NCBI RefSeq assembly: GCF_009914755.1
Contig: NC_060931.1
DNA: 64,000 bases
Source of the DNA: the human T2T-CHM13v2.0 reference genome, Homo sapiens
Direction: 5' to 3' (one strand)
The first letter of the stretch is position 1; every line of letters starts with the position of its first letter. The notes beneath the pieces were generated by a model. The model saw only the letters and a list, made by a program, of their open reading frames with translations. It was not told where the DNA came from and made no database searches. The position numbers and the translations under genes are program-made. This document shows, one piece after another, positions 60,461 to 64,000 of this stretch.

Positions 60461-60805
60461 TGTTTCACGGACTGAAATGTGGGCACCCAAAATTCATATG
60501 TTGAAGTCCTAACCTGCAGTCCTTTAAAGAAATAATTAAGGTAAAATGTGGTCATGTGTGAAGCCCTCATCCAACATGGCTGATATCCTCATAAGAAGAG
60601 GAGATTAGGATGCTCACACACATAGAGAGATGATGTAAAGACAGCCATCTAACAAGCCAAAGTGAGATCCCTCAGAAAAAAATCAACTTTGCTGACAACT
60701 TGATCTTAAACTTCTAGTTTTCAAAAATGTGATAAAATAAATTTATGTTGTTGAAGCCACCCACTTCGTGGTACTTTGAATGACTGCCTGAGCAACCCAA
60801 ACTCA
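60461..60805 (+). mobile_element. MLT1A/B-like solo LTR
   Basis: 'cccaaaattcatatgttgaagtcctaacc...aataaatttatgttgttgaagccaccca'. Confidence 0.8.
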
Positions 60806-62670
60806 TTTTTGGTGGCAGAACAATTATTCCCTGATCCATATCACAGAACTCCATATCAAATTGATCAGCAAGAGATGCAGAAAATTGAGTAGATCCGTTA
60901 GCAAATAGTAGGTTCTAAGGCTTTTTAAGTGTGACATTTATTTGAGAAACAAGATATTTTAAAACATACAGTTTTAAAATTAAAGCATTAGATAACACTC
61001 CAACAATGTTATCACCTTCATAAGCACAAATTGCATGCAGCCTTCATTGCCTTCCCTTTCAAAGCATGGCTTGCCTTTGGACTGAGGTAGTCAGGCAAGG
61101 CTCCTATGAGAACAATAAAGAATAACCTGATCTTTATGATCTTCTATTTAAGGGATTGTTATTTATCAGCCAGTCCTGAGGCAGCCAGTCTTTTTCTCTT
61201 TAAGATGAAACAGTAAACAATTGAATCACTCTCCTGACAACTCTCCTAATACCAAAATATCTCTTGTTTTCCCTGGCTACCAGTCCTACTAGGTTTATAA
61301 AATGTTTTGAAGCATTTAAAAGCCTCACCTGAAGCATACAAGTTGCTCATTTGTTGAGTGTATCTAAGAAGATGAGTGATGCACCATTTAAAAAGTTTTA
61401 CAGGAAGATTATTTAGTGAAACAGCTCTGAGTTTAAGAGTATCACACACACACACACGCAAAATCTCTCACAGGAGTGCAAGTTCTAAAATCAGATCTAA
61501 AACGTATTTAGTGAAAAGTTTTTGCCATGAGCTTTCAGCTTTCATTTTATTTTATATGAAGTACATGATCAATCTTAGAAAAACTTTGTTATCCGTTTTC
61601 TTCCAGAAGCTAACTACTAATTGTTGCTTTAAAAAATTACCGCCAGTGCTCAACATCTATAATATTTGTTTTTTTTGTGTGTGAACTTTCTGAGTTTTTC
61701 TATTAAATCACTTTATAGAGTTAACGTGACTTAAGATTGTGGAATAATATGTATCAATTAATCCTGTATGACATTTATAATTAAATCCAATATAATTTTA
61801 TCATATCTTGTATGATTTCAAATAAAATCCTGTGAGTAAAAATTATGGCTTTTACCTTTAATTTTGCAACAAATAAATAATTTCACAATAAAGATTTATT
61901 TATCTAAGTACTCTCTTCAATTCCTATTGACTTGATAGAAGCCAAACACTTGGCACCACTAGTTTTAAAAATTATTTTAAATTAGTTATAAAAATTAATT
62001 CTTCAAATAAGATATTTGATTAATATATTTCTAAGAAGACCACTAGTCCCATGAAGTCTCACCTTGTTGACTTCCACCAGAACAAAACCTGTTAATTCAG
62101 CTTGACTTCTGATATGTGTTCTTTGTTCAAGCTCCTGTGGGCAACTAAATTGTTTTAAGAAAACAATATTTCTGTTCATATTAATTCACTTGCCAGACTC
62201 CAATTCTGAAAGTTGTCTAGTTCTTCCTTCATCACATGTGCTTCTCATCGAAACCCTTGTTTCAGGATGGATCAAGTGATGTTACAGCTCATGTTCCTTA
62301 GACCTGATTTGTTTTGATGTTTTATTGCTTTTCCTTTTAATTTTTGTTTGAATGAGAAAAGTTTAATACCACAGGTGTCCAGAATTAAAAAATAATAATA
62401 ATTCTGTAAAATGAATGCTGCTAGTGCAGACATTCTGTTTGAAGAAGCCACAATAAAGACGAAGTAAGTATCCACTTATTTTTCCACAATTCAACCAGAG
62501 GCAAGGAAAAAAATAAAAATGCAGACCCCCCAGTGTCAAGGAAATCGGGAGATCAAACTCTGAAGCACAATGTATATGCAAAGGGAGTCAACTGCAGTGG
62601 AGACAGTACATGAATGTGAAACAAAAGCAGAGAAAGAATTAACACTTGCAGACATCAGAAAGATTTAGGA

Positions 62671-63037
<367 letters not shown>

Positions 63038-63437
63038 CTATCATAGCAGAAATAACCATAAGTTGGGGACAGGAAAGTCTCTGGAATTACTTGGCTCTTT
63101 GAAGCAAAGTGACAGGCTGATCCAGCAACAGACTTAGCATAGATTGCAGGAAAAAGCTCTCCCACAAGGGGTCAGAAGAGAGAATGTCAAACTGTTTCCA
63201 ACACTAAACCGATTGGCCAAAGAGAAATAAATGCTGAAAATAAATCTCAAACAAAATATTAATATGTCAAAAAAACCCTCATAATAGACTGGAACACAGC
63301 CTGAGACCCCCTTCTCCATCAAATACTCACGATTTAAATATGAGTAACCAGTATAAGCACAGGATCTCTATGAAAGATTGTATGCAAAAAGGATGGGAAC
63401 AGGATATCAAATGACCAATCAGAACATGTTGCCATGC

Positions 63438-63729
63438 GGGCGCAGTGGTCACGACTGTAACCCCAGCACTTCTGGGAGGCCGAGGCAGATGGATCACCTG
63501 AGGTCAGGAGTTCAAGACCAGTCTGGCCAACATGGTGAAACGCCATCACTACTAAAAGTGCAAAAAATTAGCTGGGTATAGTGGCGCACACCTGTAGTTC
63601 CAGCTACTCAGGAGGCTGAGGCAAGAGAATTGCTTGAACTGGGGAATCGGAGGTTACAGTGAGTCGAGATTACGCCATTGTACCCCAGCCTGTGCGACAA
63701 GAGTGAAACTCCATCTCAAAAAAAAAAAA
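63438..63729 (+). mobile_element. AluSq-like element
   Basis: 'gccattg...gacaagagtgaaactcc' diagnostics; TSD tg(t/c)tgccatgc at 63427 and 63732. Confidence 0.92.
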
Positions 63730-63927
63730 GTTGCTGCCATGCTGAACACAAAAATAATGCCAATTATCCCACAAGTTATATATTTTAAATTCAACAAAAT
63801 CACATTTTCTAACAAAAACCAGAGGACAAAGCAGGGATATGAGTTCTCAGTGAAAAGAAGGCAATATGAAAATCAGGAGATGAAATGCTCAAATATCATC
63901 TTATCAATAGGGTGCTCTGATGTTTTT

Positions 63928-64000
63928 GGTATTAGGGTTCTCTAGAGGGATAGAACTAATAGGATAGATGTATATGTAAAGGGGAGTTTATTTAGCAGTA
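63928..64000 (-). mobile_element. MLT2A-like (HERV-L) LTR, runs off the window edge
   Basis: 'tattagggttctctagagggatagaactaataggatagatg'. Confidence 0.8.

Overview
This is AT-rich primate (hominoid, probably human) genomic DNA, intergenic or deep intronic, made mostly of transposable elements. I found no host protein-coding exon, RNA gene, CRISPR array or prokaryotic system. Main contents: (1) a full-length minus-strand L1PA3-type LINE-1 with intact ORF1, dead ORF2, truncated ORF0 and the ancestral ZNF93-target 5'UTR segment; (2) a full-length L1MA3-like element, nested with it inside one older L1MA8/9-like copy; (3) several 5'-truncated L1s; (4) a class III ERV remnant (HERVL40/LTR40-like) with a decayed gamma-type env; (5) an ERV-L provirus remnant; (6) a full-length Tigger1 split by an L1; (7) MaLR/MLT2 LTRs, MER DNA transposons, four Alus, MIR/L2 relics and microsatellites. 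The most unusual structure not explained by repeat annotation is a near-perfect 54-bp-arm inverted duplication at 20691-20826, which looks like a recent template-switch event. Subfamily names come from recalled consensus sequences, not a database search, and the boundaries of old elements are approximate. The sequence does not support a new multi-gene biological system.
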